Source: Candidatus Gottesmanbacteria bacterium GW2011_GWA2_43_14
GTDB taxonomy: Bacteria; Patescibacteriota; Microgenomatia; 2-02-FULL-39-11
Reading direction: 5' to 3'
Assembly (NCBI GenBank): GCA_000999095.1
Contig: LCFP01000006.1
Coordinates: 1,823 to 65,822 of the forward strand
Length of the DNA: 64,000 bases
Part shown: in pieces, positions 8,939-18,007 of the stretch
Position numbering within the stretch: the first letter of the stretch is position 1
How the letters are laid out: each line of letters starts with the position of its first letter
Notes under the pieces: model-generated
Seen by the model: only the letters and a program-made list of their open reading frames with translations
Database searches by the model: none
What the model was told of the DNA's origin: nothing
Program-made: the position numbers and the translations under genes

Positions 8939-10201
8939 ATGAAACAGAAGCTTGTTGTTATTGCTTCGGTAGTTCTCCTAATTCTGCTGTCTGCCGCAGT
9001 CTTTTATAAATCGAAAAAACCTGTCGAGAGCATGCTTTGCGGAGCAGTTTCCTGTGAAAACGGCTGCTGCGTCAAAGGAAAATGCATTCCTAAAGGACTT
9101 GAAATAGCCGGTTATACCTGCCGTGAAAATAATACCTGGCAGACGCCTGAGGGTAAAATCGAAACAAAACTTCCGGAGGCTGTTTCCATTGCTGTCGGCC
9201 AGGCTCTCGAAGTTCCTGGTTTATTATCTTCTGAAAAAGCCCGTGAAATCGCCCAAAATATAGTCAGTTGGCTGGACGGCATGAAAAATGACAAGGGACA
9301 GTATTTTGCAAACGAAAACTGTGCTTCTGACGGCTTATGCCAGACTTCATCCACCATAGACAAACAAAGAGGAATTATCACAGTCTGGTCCAGATACCGC
9401 AATTATTTAGGCAGCCGAAATGCCCCCGAGATGGACTTGATTGATGCCGAACTGGCTACTTTGACTACTCCGGGAGTAGGCTCTCCGGCACAAAATGACT
9501 ATCTGAACTGTACTTTGATGTATGAACTCCATAAAAGCAATGTTTTTACACCTCAGCAAAAAAATAAAATTACTTCTATATGCAATGACAGTATATTCTA
9601 CGGGGAGGAGATGAATAACTACAACCAACGCTCCAAGTCCGATGAAGCATATTCAGCTGAACCTGCAGTCGAGCTTTTCCTGGAAGGCAAACCTGTAAAT
9701 ACAGGACTTAATGCAAATCCTGACAAGATGATTAAGTATTCATCGTATACGGCGGATATGGCCACTCTTTATATCTGGACCAAAGAAGCAAAAGCTTTGG
9801 AACTTGGCAAATATTTTTTCAATCTAGCCCTCGAGACGAAAAGCCAAGAACTTGAAAATACCGATGACTCTCTACTGGGCCTGGCTGCCTATAAGTTTTA
9901 TGAAGCAACCGGCGAGCAGAAATACCTGGAAGCATCCGGAAAGTTTATGGAAGAAAAATCAACCGGTTTAAAATGCTCAAATTTTGTCTATTGCGTCAAT
10001 TATTTGTATTTCCTCGACTATTATTCGGACAAAACAGATGATCCGGAGATCAAACTGAAGTCGGAAGAACTGTTTGCCATGCTGATGGCAAATTTTTATG
10101 ATTCCGGTAAAAATCTCTTTTATTATAAAAACGAAAACGGGATAAATTATTATCCGGTTGCTCAAAACAGCATCTTATCCGGAATTTTGGCAAATTATTA
10201 G
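8939..10201 (+). CDS. cassette copy A2: membrane-anchored protein with the same N-terminal Cys-rich motif
   Basis: TM helix plus CGAVSCENGCCVKGKCIPKGLEIAGYTCRENNTWQTP. The remainder of the protein is different (no match recognised). Confidence 0.45.
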   Translation: MKQKLVVIASVVLLILLSAAVFYKSKKPVESMLCGAVSCENGCCVKGKCIPKGLEIAGYTCRENNTWQTPEGKIETKLPEAVSIAVGQALEVPGLLSSEKAREIAQNIVSWLDGMKNDKGQYFANENCASDGLCQTSSTIDKQRGIITVWSRYRNYLGSRNAPEMDLIDAELATLTTPGVGSPAQNDYLNCTLMYELHKSNVFTPQQKNKITSICNDSIFYGEEMNNYNQRSKSDEAYSAEPAVELFLEGKPVNTGLNANPDKMIKYSSYTADMATLYIWTKEAKALELGKYFFNLALETKSQELENTDDSLLGLAAYKFYEATGEQKYLEASGKFMEEKSTGLKCSNFVYCVNYLYFLDYYSDKTDDPEIKLKSEELFAMLMANFYDSGKNLFYYKNENGINYYPVAQNSILSGILANY

Positions 10202-10211
10202 TCATTAATAG

Positions 10212-12545
10212 ATGAAATTTAAATTTATTCTCAGCCTTTTTTTTCTATTTCTCACTCTTTTTTCTGTTGTCAGTATTATTGACAATTCAACATATGCTGT
10301 AGGATATGGTTGTCCGGCCGGTTGGGGTTGCAGCGGATGCAGCAGCGGATGCACCGGGGAGGCTTGTACCCAAGCAAATTGCTGCTATGCTAATAATCCT
10401 AATAATCCTGACGGAACTAAAAAAACTCCTCCTCCAGCCTGTTTGTCATATTGTCAGGCTGAATGTTTCGGTTTGTGGGAAGATTCCTGCGGCCCGGGTA
10501 AAAAAATCACAGATGAAGAAACCTTTAACTGCGGAGCCTGCGACAATGACGTAACCTGTTACAAATGCGGGCCTGATGACGAGGATGAACCTGGAGGTCC
10601 TACCAGTCCGCCGCCTCCGCCTCCTTCCAATACCCCTGTCCCGCCGCCGCCGACTAAAACACCGACGCCTGCGTCTCCGACAAATACTCCTACCAAAACA
10701 CCGACACCGACAATAACTCCTATACCGCGACCGGGCCTTTGCGAAAGTGAAACCATAGAGAAGTCGACAGTGTTTCCCGGTGACGGCTTTATTTTAAGTT
10801 CTGAAGCGGCTGAGGATGTTCCCCAATTTTATTATGCGTTTTATAACCTGGATAACCTTTACGGACCCGGCAACCCCAAACCTTTCTGTGTCAAAAATGT
10901 GGGGGACAATACCACTCCGTCAAGCAATTGTCCTGCCGGATCATCCCATCTGATATATAAAGACCCCGATACTTCTCCCAGGAATGTCGGTGCAGTCACT
11001 TTGTTTTATGAAGGTGTTTTTGTGGAAGACTGGGCAAACATAAATAAGGTACCCAGTAAAGTATCCATAAATGCGTACTTTATAGACAGCGAAGGCAGAC
11101 TATCAGCTTCAGACCCGGATTGTGTCGTTACTTTAAATAAAGGGACAGGCCCTCCGCCGCCACCCGGAACGCCGCCATACGGAACGCCGCCACCCGGACC
11201 CGGAACCCCCGGTTATACTCCGCCCCCGGGACCAGGAACGCCTCCATACGGAACGCCTCCTCCAGGAGGACCTGCCTGTAACCAACCATGCAATCCCTAC
11301 CAGCCATTCGACTGTCCTGAGGATTGCCCGTCATGTCCTTTTGTCAATCCCAAATGTGTGCCCGATAAACTTCCTCCCGGAGGACCCCAGTGCGGCGAGC
11401 CCTGCAATCCCGACAAGCCCAATGAATGTCCTGACGATTGTCCTTTCTGTCCTGATGCCAATCCGATCTGTGTCAGCGATGATGACTTCCCACCGTCTCC
11501 CACACCCGGAGCGCCGGGATGCGGCGAGCCGTGTAATCCGGATGAGGCATTTGATTGTCCTGATGAATGTCCGTCCTGTCCGACGGACAATCCGATCTGT
11601 GTGCCTGACAAACCGCCGCTCGGCGGCCCTCAGTGCGGCGAGCCCTGCAATCCGGACCAGCCCAGCGACTGCCCGGATGATTGCCCGTTCTGCCCGGTTA
11701 CTAACCCGATTTGCGTAGAAGATGATGATATTGCTCCGACTCCAACAGGAGCTCCTTCCTGCGGAGAACCATGCAGTCCTGAAACGCCGTATGACTGTCC
11801 TGAGGATTGCCCGTCATGTCCTGAAGTCAATCCTGAATGCGTGCCTGCTGAATCGCCTCCCGGAGGACCTCAGTGCGGCGAGCCCTGCAATCCGGACCAG
11901 CCCAATGAATGCCCTGACGAATGTCCTTTCTGTCCTGATGCCAATCCCCAATGCGATACTGAAGAAGAACCGCGCGGACCGACACCGCCTGCAGCCTGTG
12001 ACTGCGACAGCGTAACTTATGCCGGCAATTTCATCAGCGGACAGACCGTCACCGTAACCACCTTTGCCGTTTCCTTATTCCCGGATACAACCGAAGTCCG
12101 GACCATGACTTACCATGTGGAAAAAGACGGTGTGGAAATAGGTCTTTCCGATCCGGTCCCGGCAGAGGAGATATCCGGCTCAAACGGCCGCTACCAGACA
12201 CAGTGGGATTTCATTGTACCTGAAGGAGAGGATGCCGCAGGCCATTACCGCATCTGGGTAAAAATCATCTGCGGACGGATCACAGCCTCTGTCCTGGGCA
12301 CTGAAACGCCCCAAAAAACAACGTTCCTGGACAACCTGGTCAATTTCCTGTCCAACATATTTTTCTTAAACAAAAGAAACAGTTTACAGCCTCTGGCTGT
12401 AGCAACACCTACAGGCATTCCCGATTTCGGCAAGAGCAAACCGACAGTCCTGGCCCCGACAGCCAAATCGCTGCAGCTGGGGACTTTCCATCCGGTAACC
12501 AACCTTAAAGTGGGATGCAAGGAAATCAGCTTCGATATCCTCTGA
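10212..12545 (+). CDS. cassette copy B2: large secreted Cys/Pro-rich repeat protein with the shared C-terminal domain
   Basis: Signal peptide, Cys-rich N-terminal region and a PT linker. About six CGEPCNPDxPxxCPDDCP(F/S)CPxxNPxCV modules. C-terminus MTYHVEKDGVEI...GRYQTQW...LQLGTFHPVTNLKVGCKEISFDI. Confidence 0.55.
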   Translation: MKFKFILSLFFLFLTLFSVVSIIDNSTYAVGYGCPAGWGCSGCSSGCTGEACTQANCCYANNPNNPDGTKKTPPPACLSYCQAECFGLWEDSCGPGKKITDEETFNCGACDNDVTCYKCGPDDEDEPGGPTSPPPPPPSNTPVPPPPTKTPTPASPTNTPTKTPTPTITPIPRPGLCESETIEKSTVFPGDGFILSSEAAEDVPQFYYAFYNLDNLYGPGNPKPFCVKNVGDNTTPSSNCPAGSSHLIYKDPDTSPRNVGAVTLFYEGVFVEDWANINKVPSKVSINAYFIDSEGRLSASDPDCVVTLNKGTGPPPPPGTPPYGTPPPGPGTPGYTPPPGPGTPPYGTPPPGGPACNQPCNPYQPFDCPEDCPSCPFVNPKCVPDKLPPGGPQCGEPCNPDKPNECPDDCPFCPDANPICVSDDDFPPSPTPGAPGCGEPCNPDEAFDCPDECPSCPTDNPICVPDKPPLGGPQCGEPCNPDQPSDCPDDCPFCPVTNPICVEDDDIAPTPTGAPSCGEPCSPETPYDCPEDCPSCPEVNPECVPAESPPGGPQCGEPCNPDQPNECPDECPFCPDANPQCDTEEEPRGPTPPAACDCDSVTYAGNFISGQTVTVTTFAVSLFPDTTEVRTMTYHVEKDGVEIGLSDPVPAEEISGSNGRYQTQWDFIVPEGEDAAGHYRIWVKIICGRITASVLGTETPQKTTFLDNLVNFLSNIFFLNKRNSLQPLAVATPTGIPDFGKSKPTVLAPTAKSLQLGTFHPVTNLKVGCKEISFDIL
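11275..11965. repeat. about three tandem copies of a ~240-nt coding repeat (Cys-rich module pairs)
   Basis: The nucleotide strings gagccctgcaatcc(c/g)ga(c/a)(c/a)agcccaatgaatg(t/c)cctgacga(t/a)tgtcctttctgtcctgatgccaatcc recur near 11398 and 11880. The stretch near 11640 is a related but more diverged copy (...agcccagcgactgcccggatgattgcccgttctgcccggttactaaccc). So the period is about 240 nt. Confidence 0.6.
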
Positions 12546-12557
12546 ATGAGTAGGATT

Positions 12558-13202
12558 TTATTCTACTTTTATGCGATCAAAAGGAACACCCGTTTTGGTA
12601 TTGTTGATACCCAGGAACATGCGAAGTCCGCCGAACCCGGCATTTTTATAGCCGCTGATCAGCCTTTTCGGATCGATAAACGGTGATAATGTAGCCCAGC
12701 CGGAGTCAGGCAATTGCATTACGAGATAATTCTCAATATCTGATATGGGAATTTTTATTCTCAGGAAATATAATTTCGACCCTTCGGGCATTTCAGGATG
12801 GTTAATTATATCGAGAAGTTTTCCTGAGTTGAGAGTCAAGGTATCTCTCTTGACCGGTTTTTGGGAATCTGAAATTAAGAAGGATTCCTGACCGTTCAGA
12901 TATCGGACATCGCCGTTTTTGATAATATATGCCTTGGGAAAATTCCCTAACCACATGACAGCTTTATCAGTGGCAGACCCGTTGGGTCCGATTATCATGC
13001 TTAAATCACGCTTTAGTCCTTCATGCACTATAATTCCATCTCCAGTCAGCCATATGCCGCCTCTCAGGTTACCCAAATCCAAATTATGGAAGTAAAGATC
13101 AGGATAAACAGCCCTCAGAATGGTTCGGCCATGGGTAACTCTGATCCCTAATTTTTCTGGACTTAAATGAGAGTCAGGAATATTCTGTTCCAGATTTTTC
13201 AT
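12558..13202 (-). CDS. hypothetical protein
   Basis: ATG at 13202 (MKNLEQ...). The longer track ORF would overlap the upstream holin-like gene. No recognisable motif. Confidence 0.4.
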   Translation of the reverse strand: MKNLEQNIPDSHLSPEKLGIRVTHGRTILRAVYPDLYFHNLDLGNLRGGIWLTGDGIIVHEGLKRDLSMIIGPNGSATDKAVMWLGNFPKAYIIKNGDVRYLNGQESFLISDSQKPVKRDTLTLNSGKLLDIINHPEMPEGSKLYFLRIKIPISDIENYLVMQLPDSGWATLSPFIDPKRLISGYKNAGFGGLRMFLGINNTKTGVPFDRIKVE

Positions 13203-13224
13203 AGGTATATGAAAATTCGCAGAA

Positions 13225-13560
13225 TTAACGGATAAGGATATTGAGCAGGGTTGAAATGACAGTGATGACAATTGAGGCCAGAATGGCTGTGCCGAAATTT
13301 TCAATCTGGAAACCGGAAACAAGTCTGGAAGCAATCAAAAGGAGTATGGCATTGATAACAAACATGAAAAGTCCAAGCGTAAGTATTGTGGCGGGCAAAG
13401 TGAGAATGATCAAAACAGGCTTAAGTATCAGATTAAGGAGGGCAAGAATAAGGGCTACAATAACAGCTGTCACATAATCCGTGATCTTGAAACCTGGTAC
13501 AACGGAGGCGGTCAGGAGGAGGACCAAGGCACGGATAAGCAGATCAACCAGAAATCTCAT
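13225..13560 (-). CDS. DUF360/phage-holin-4-like small membrane protein
   Basis: MRFLVDLLIRALVLLLTASVVPGF...ALLNLILKPVLIILTLPATILTLGLFMFVINAILL matches the four-TM holin family 4 (YvlD-like) pattern. Confidence 0.55.
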   Translation of the reverse strand: MRFLVDLLIRALVLLLTASVVPGFKITDYVTAVIVALILALLNLILKPVLIILTLPATILTLGLFMFVINAILLLIASRLVSGFQIENFGTAILASIVITVISTLLNILIR

Positions 13561-13625
13561 AATGAAATTATATCATTGACGAACCCGCGTTGCATAACCG
13601 TGATTCATATTTTAATATTTCTTGT

Positions 13626-15047
13626 ATGACAGCTACCAATATTAAGTCTCTTTTACTGCTTTTATTGATTATTTTTATGGGAGTTGTGTTAAGGTTTTAC
13701 CGGATAAATACTCTGGCCACCTTCAGGAGCGACCAGGCGATTGAACTGAATGGAGCCTATGAGATATCCCGGGGCAAGTTTTCCCTGATAGGGATAAAGA
13801 CTTCGAATTCCGAGATTCGCAACGGTGCGGTCATGTATTATTTGACTGTCCCTTTTCTCCTTTTGTTTGAAAACCATCCGCTGGCCGGCAGTGTTTTGCA
13901 GACAATGCTTTCATTGGCTACTGCAGCCGTGCTCTATTTACTCCTGGGTAAGGAGAATAAAAGAACTGCTTTGACCGCGGCCTTTCTGGTTGCTGCCTCT
14001 GCCCTCCTGGTCCGTTTTTCCCGGCAAACCATGCTGGCTTTCTATCCATTGTTTTTCTCAGGCTTTGCTTTATGGCTTTTTTCCAAACTGAATGAAAAAT
14101 TCGACAAAAAATCAGTCTTTGCTCTGGGGTTAATCCTGGGGTTCATGCTGCAAATCCATTACAGTACTTTTACGGTGGTTTTATCAGCTTTGCTTTTTCC
14201 CTTTCTGTTTTTACGAAAATATCTGAAAAACTATTTCCTGCTGATAGTACCGGGTTTTCTCATTGGTTTTTTGCCGATGCTGGTTTTTGAGTTGCGGCAT
14301 GAATTTTTCAACACCAAAATGTTATGGGCTTTCGTATCGTCTTCAAGTTCTGCTCCAATGGCTTCTTTCAATCACTTTGTTTACTGGCAAAAAGTCGTGG
14401 CCGGCTTCTTTTTCGGGGAAAATTTTGTTTTTGCAGGAATATTCATCATATGTCTGCTTCTTTGGCTGACCCGGCGAAGATCTGCTTTAAAACAGATTGA
14501 AAAGATATCACTTCTTGCTATTGCTTCAAATGTCCTTTTCGGTTTGGTATTTGTCAAAACATATACGCCTCATTACGCAGTAGCAGCGGTGCCCGCTTTG
14601 GTAGCCATGACGGCCATATTTATCACCGGGGTTGCCGGACGCCTTGCACCTCTGTTACTGGCAATCTTTTTTTTAATAAATTTTCCCGGTTACGGTTTTT
14701 CCGACAATCACGGCTGGACCATGGCTGACGGCTGGAACCAGTCCGGTATTGAAAAAGCTGCTGACACAATTTATGAAGACGCCCTAAACGGGCAATTCAA
14801 TGTAGCCATGTTGGTAGATGCGGAAAATCAGGGATGGCCGCTCCGATATTTTCTTAAAATCCGCGGGAAAGAACCGCAGGCTGCCGATAAATACGACCGG
14901 GCGGAAACCCTTTACCTGGTTTCTGAGCCGGGGATCGACCTGGATAATATTAAGATGTGGGAATTAACTTCGTTTGGAGCCTATACGATCGGCAATCAAT
15001 GGGAGATCCAAAACGGCTATGTCCTATATAAACTGCAGAAAATTTAA
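13626..15047 (+). CDS. polytopic membrane protein, putative GT-C (ArnT/PMT-like) glycosyltransferase
   Basis: About 11 predicted TM helices. Loose ArnT/GT39-like architecture, no diagnostic motif. ATG at 13626 is preferred over the TTG at 13590. Confidence 0.4.
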   Translation: MTATNIKSLLLLLLIIFMGVVLRFYRINTLATFRSDQAIELNGAYEISRGKFSLIGIKTSNSEIRNGAVMYYLTVPFLLLFENHPLAGSVLQTMLSLATAAVLYLLLGKENKRTALTAAFLVAASALLVRFSRQTMLAFYPLFFSGFALWLFSKLNEKFDKKSVFALGLILGFMLQIHYSTFTVVLSALLFPFLFLRKYLKNYFLLIVPGFLIGFLPMLVFELRHEFFNTKMLWAFVSSSSSAPMASFNHFVYWQKVVAGFFFGENFVFAGIFIICLLLWLTRRRSALKQIEKISLLAIASNVLFGLVFVKTYTPHYAVAAVPALVAMTAIFITGVAGRLAPLLLAIFFLINFPGYGFSDNHGWTMADGWNQSGIEKAADTIYEDALNGQFNVAMLVDAENQGWPLRYFLKIRGKEPQAADKYDRAETLYLVSEPGIDLDNIKMWELTSFGAYTIGNQWEIQNGYVLYKLQKI

Positions 15048-15054
15048 CTGTTCT

Positions 15055-15612
15055 TCAGTTTCTGATAATAAAAAAAGCTAACAGAAAATAAATTACCAGG
15101 CTCAATGTGTCCTGGATGACGGTCGAGAAGGGACCGGCACCGAGAGCAGGGTCGGAATGCTTTTTATAAAGAACCTCCGGGATGACCACGGCTATTGTCG
15201 GTGCAATCAGAATATTGACAAACATTGCCCACCCAACGGTCATAGCAACGGGAACCGATTTCAGCCAGAGGTAAGCCGCTCCCGCGATGCTTACCCCTAA
15301 AATAATTCCCATAAATAAGCCGATCTGAAATTCCATCAGAAGATACTTTTTCAAATCCAGCTTGCCCATTTGGAGCTTGCGGACAAAAATAGTTTCACTT
15401 TGCGTGCCGACCGCATCACTCATGTAAACAATCATCGGCAGGAAAAAAGCGAGGCTGATATTTTTTGAAATAACTTCTTCAAACCGGGAAACAAATATTG
15501 TTGAGAAAAAAGCAATCAGAAGACCTAAAAGTAGCCAGGGGAGCCGGAGGCGGATCAGATGGGGCAGGTGGTCAAGAATTTCATCGATTAATACCGGTTT
15601 CACGCTTTTCAT
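15055..15612 (-). CDS. MgtE-family divalent cation transporter, transmembrane domain only
   Basis: RLPWLLLGLLIAFFSTIF...LAFFLPMIVYMSDAVGTQSETIF...GPFSTVIQDTLSLVIYF is typical of the MgtE TM domain. The cytosolic N-domain and CBS domains are absent (185 aa). Confidence 0.6.
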   Translation of the reverse strand: MKSVKPVLIDEILDHLPHLIRLRLPWLLLGLLIAFFSTIFVSRFEEVISKNISLAFFLPMIVYMSDAVGTQSETIFVRKLQMGKLDLKKYLLMEFQIGLFMGIILGVSIAGAAYLWLKSVPVAMTVGWAMFVNILIAPTIAVVIPEVLYKKHSDPALGAGPFSTVIQDTLSLVIYFLLAFFIIRN

Positions 15613-15636
15613 AATGATTCACCTGAAGGAGTAGCC

Positions 15637-16671
15637 TTAAATCCACTTTTTGATCTTGAAGTAGGCGATCATAATGAGAACTACTCCGATCATGGAAAGG
15701 GTGATATAAAATAACGCCAATGGATGGCCGGCGAAGGGCAAAACATCCAGATTCATGCCGTAAATGCCCGAAAGCAGGGTTAAAGGCATGAGGATGACGG
15801 AAAACATGGTCAGGATCTTGATGGTTTCATTGGTTTTAAACGAGAGATAGCTTTCAAAAGTCTGGGAGAGGTTGTTGGAAAGTTCGATGACGTCTTCCAG
15901 ACGGTCCCAGATTTTTTTCAAATGGTCGGTAATATTGGAGAAATAGGTTTTCAGCTCCTCATTGATTAACGGGTGTCCGCTTTCCTCAATAGAGGCAAAA
16001 GAATTCAATTCCGGTTTGATAAGGCTCTGGAAAAAAATGACGTTTCTTCTGAGAAATGACAATTGAATGGTGACATTTTTAGGGTCATCGGCAAAAACTT
16101 CCCGGTCGATTTTTTCGATACCACGTTCAAAGAGGTCAATCAGGGGAAAAATCGAATCAACCAGATTATCGAGAATGCGGTAGAGGAGCATGCCGGGACC
16201 GCCGTTAAAATATTTTTCTTTTTCCTCTTTATTGACTGAAATATTGTGGATAATTTCTTCGATTGCCTGGAAATTGGGATCAATGACAGTCAGAAGATCA
16301 TTTTTTGTCAGGAAGAAATCGACTTCCAGAGAATTGACCCTGTTGGTTTCAGGATTGTACTGGGGGAAATGGAAGACAAAGAAAATATAGTCCTCTTCTT
16401 CATCGATTTTCGGCCTTTGGACAGTCGAGACAATGTCTTCCAAATGGATCGGGTGGATGTCGTAAATTCTTTTCAGATGCCGGATATTCTCTTCATTGGG
16501 GTTTCTTAGAATTATCAGATTGGAGGAGCCCTGGCGTATTTTCTGGATCGGGGGCAAAGTTTTACCGTTGCCGTTCTGTTTTTTACGCATGGAAGAAATA
16601 ATTTCAATGCCCTTGGTGACGGGGAGAGTCGGATTGGTAAATATTTTCAGCAATTTATGATGTTCGATCAC
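15637..16671 (-). CDS. corA: CorA magnesium/cobalt transporter
   Basis: C-terminal YGMNLDVLPF (GMN motif) followed by two TM helices. Length 344 aa. Probable GTG start. Confidence 0.75.
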   Translation of the reverse strand: MIEHHKLLKIFTNPTLPVTKGIEIISSMRKKQNGNGKTLPPIQKIRQGSSNLIILRNPNEENIRHLKRIYDIHPIHLEDIVSTVQRPKIDEEEDYIFFVFHFPQYNPETNRVNSLEVDFFLTKNDLLTVIDPNFQAIEEIIHNISVNKEEKEKYFNGGPGMLLYRILDNLVDSIFPLIDLFERGIEKIDREVFADDPKNVTIQLSFLRRNVIFFQSLIKPELNSFASIEESGHPLINEELKTYFSNITDHLKKIWDRLEDVIELSNNLSQTFESYLSFKTNETIKILTMFSVILMPLTLLSGIYGMNLDVLPFAGHPLALFYITLSMIGVVLIMIAYFKIKKWI

Positions 16672-16778
16672 GATATGTCAATTTTAGTTCCGTAAAAGTG
16701 TCAAGGTCAAGTGAGATAATGACTTAAATTTATGTAGTAAGGTGATCATATAGTAAAATATGAGGTCCTGCCACGGGA

Positions 16779-17951
16779 ATGGATAATTTAAAAAAAGCTT
16801 TACTGATCTTCTTAACCGTTAATTTATGCCTCTATTTATTTATGTGGCAATTTCACTGGCTGGTGCCGTTTAATCAAAATTTATACATCAACAGTTCACA
16901 TCATTATCTGACTGACGAGCGGATCCTGTCGGGAAATTATAATTTTTTGAGAGCTTTGGGACAATATGACGCCCAATGGTATTTGAAGATTGCCGACAAT
17001 GGTTATCCGCCGAACCCCCAGACTGTTGAAATGGAGAATAAGACTGTGATGGACGGCTTGACGTATGCGTTTTTCCCTCTTTACCCTCTATTGATCTCCA
17101 TTCTCAATATGGGCATCAATAACGTTGAGCTGGCTGCTTTTATCCTGGGGCAGATCCTGGCTACGGCTGCGTTTTGCAGCCTTTATTTTGTCGTCAGCCG
17201 GATCTACGGTGAAAAAATTGCCTTTCGGACATCCCTCCTGCTATTTCTTTTTCCCTTCAGTATCTTTTTCCGCAGCTATTATACGGAGAGCCTTTTTTTG
17301 ATGATTTTAGTCTGGTACGGATATTTTCTGGTCAAAAAACAATGGTGGGGAGTGGCGGTGGCAAATGCCCTCATGATGGTGACCCGGCCGACCGGATTGT
17401 TTCTGGTGCCTGTAACAACCGTATTTCTTATTGCCGACTGTCTGAAGAATAAAACCAAGCTGAAGGAGATGATAATAGTTCCTCTGATTACCGGATTGCC
17501 ATTTATCAGCTGGATGATATTTAATTTCAAATCAACCGGTGATCCCTTTTATTGGAAAAACGTCCAAAGTTCGTGGTATTTGACTTCATCTCCTTTGGTT
17601 ATCATCAAAGTTAATTTATATCTTCTGAAAAACTTTTTCGCCCTGCCATTCCACAGTTTTCATACATCAAGGGTTGATATTTTGGCAGTTATGTACGTAG
17701 GATTTATATTGATCGCCGGATTCCGGTTTCTAAAAAGGGAGTGGTGGCTGATGTCCCTTATGATGTGGCTGCCTCTTTTAATTCTCAAAGATACGATGTC
17801 TTTTTCCCGCTACCAGTCAGTCTCTTTTCCGTTGTTTGTCTATCTGGCCGGGAATATGAACAATAAATGGTTTACGGCCGTTTCTGTCATCCTCGGAGCC
17901 TTACTTTTCGCAACTTCACTCTATTTCATCAACTGGCACTGGATCGGCTAG
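16779..17951 (+). CDS. integral membrane protein (possible GT-C-fold mannosyltransferase-like)
   Basis: At least 10 TM helices. No diagnostic motif recognised. Confidence 0.35.
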   Translation: MDNLKKALLIFLTVNLCLYLFMWQFHWLVPFNQNLYINSSHHYLTDERILSGNYNFLRALGQYDAQWYLKIADNGYPPNPQTVEMENKTVMDGLTYAFFPLYPLLISILNMGINNVELAAFILGQILATAAFCSLYFVVSRIYGEKIAFRTSLLLFLFPFSIFFRSYYTESLFLMILVWYGYFLVKKQWWGVAVANALMMVTRPTGLFLVPVTTVFLIADCLKNKTKLKEMIIVPLITGLPFISWMIFNFKSTGDPFYWKNVQSSWYLTSSPLVIIKVNLYLLKNFFALPFHSFHTSRVDILAVMYVGFILIAGFRFLKREWWLMSLMMWLPLLILKDTMSFSRYQSVSFPLFVYLAGNMNNKWFTAVSVILGALLFATSLYFINWHWIG

Positions 17952-18007
17952 CAATAGGGTTTGAACCTTGAGATTTGAGGCTTTTTTCAGTATGATGTTC
18001 TATCATT

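Noticed and set aside
10559-11830. Gly/Ser-rich minus-strand ORFs (10559-10756, 11297-11611, 11630-11830) with SGQS repeats
   Set aside because: These are antisense readings of the PT linker and the Cys-rich tandem repeats of the B2 gene. The periodicity comes from the sense-strand repeat, not from a separate gene.
11275-11965. Possible CRISPR array, considered because of the regular 240-nt periodicity
   Set aside because: The repeats are long (~240 nt), lie in-frame inside a continuous ORF and encode a Cys-rich protein module. There are no short direct repeats with unique spacers and no cas genes. The same reasoning excludes the recurring dockerin 3' ends at 45-64 kb.
13203-13334. Longer form of ORF 12558-13334 overlapping the holin-like gene
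   Set aside because: It overlaps the upstream DUF360 gene by 110 nt on the same strand. The internal ATG at 13202 is preferred.
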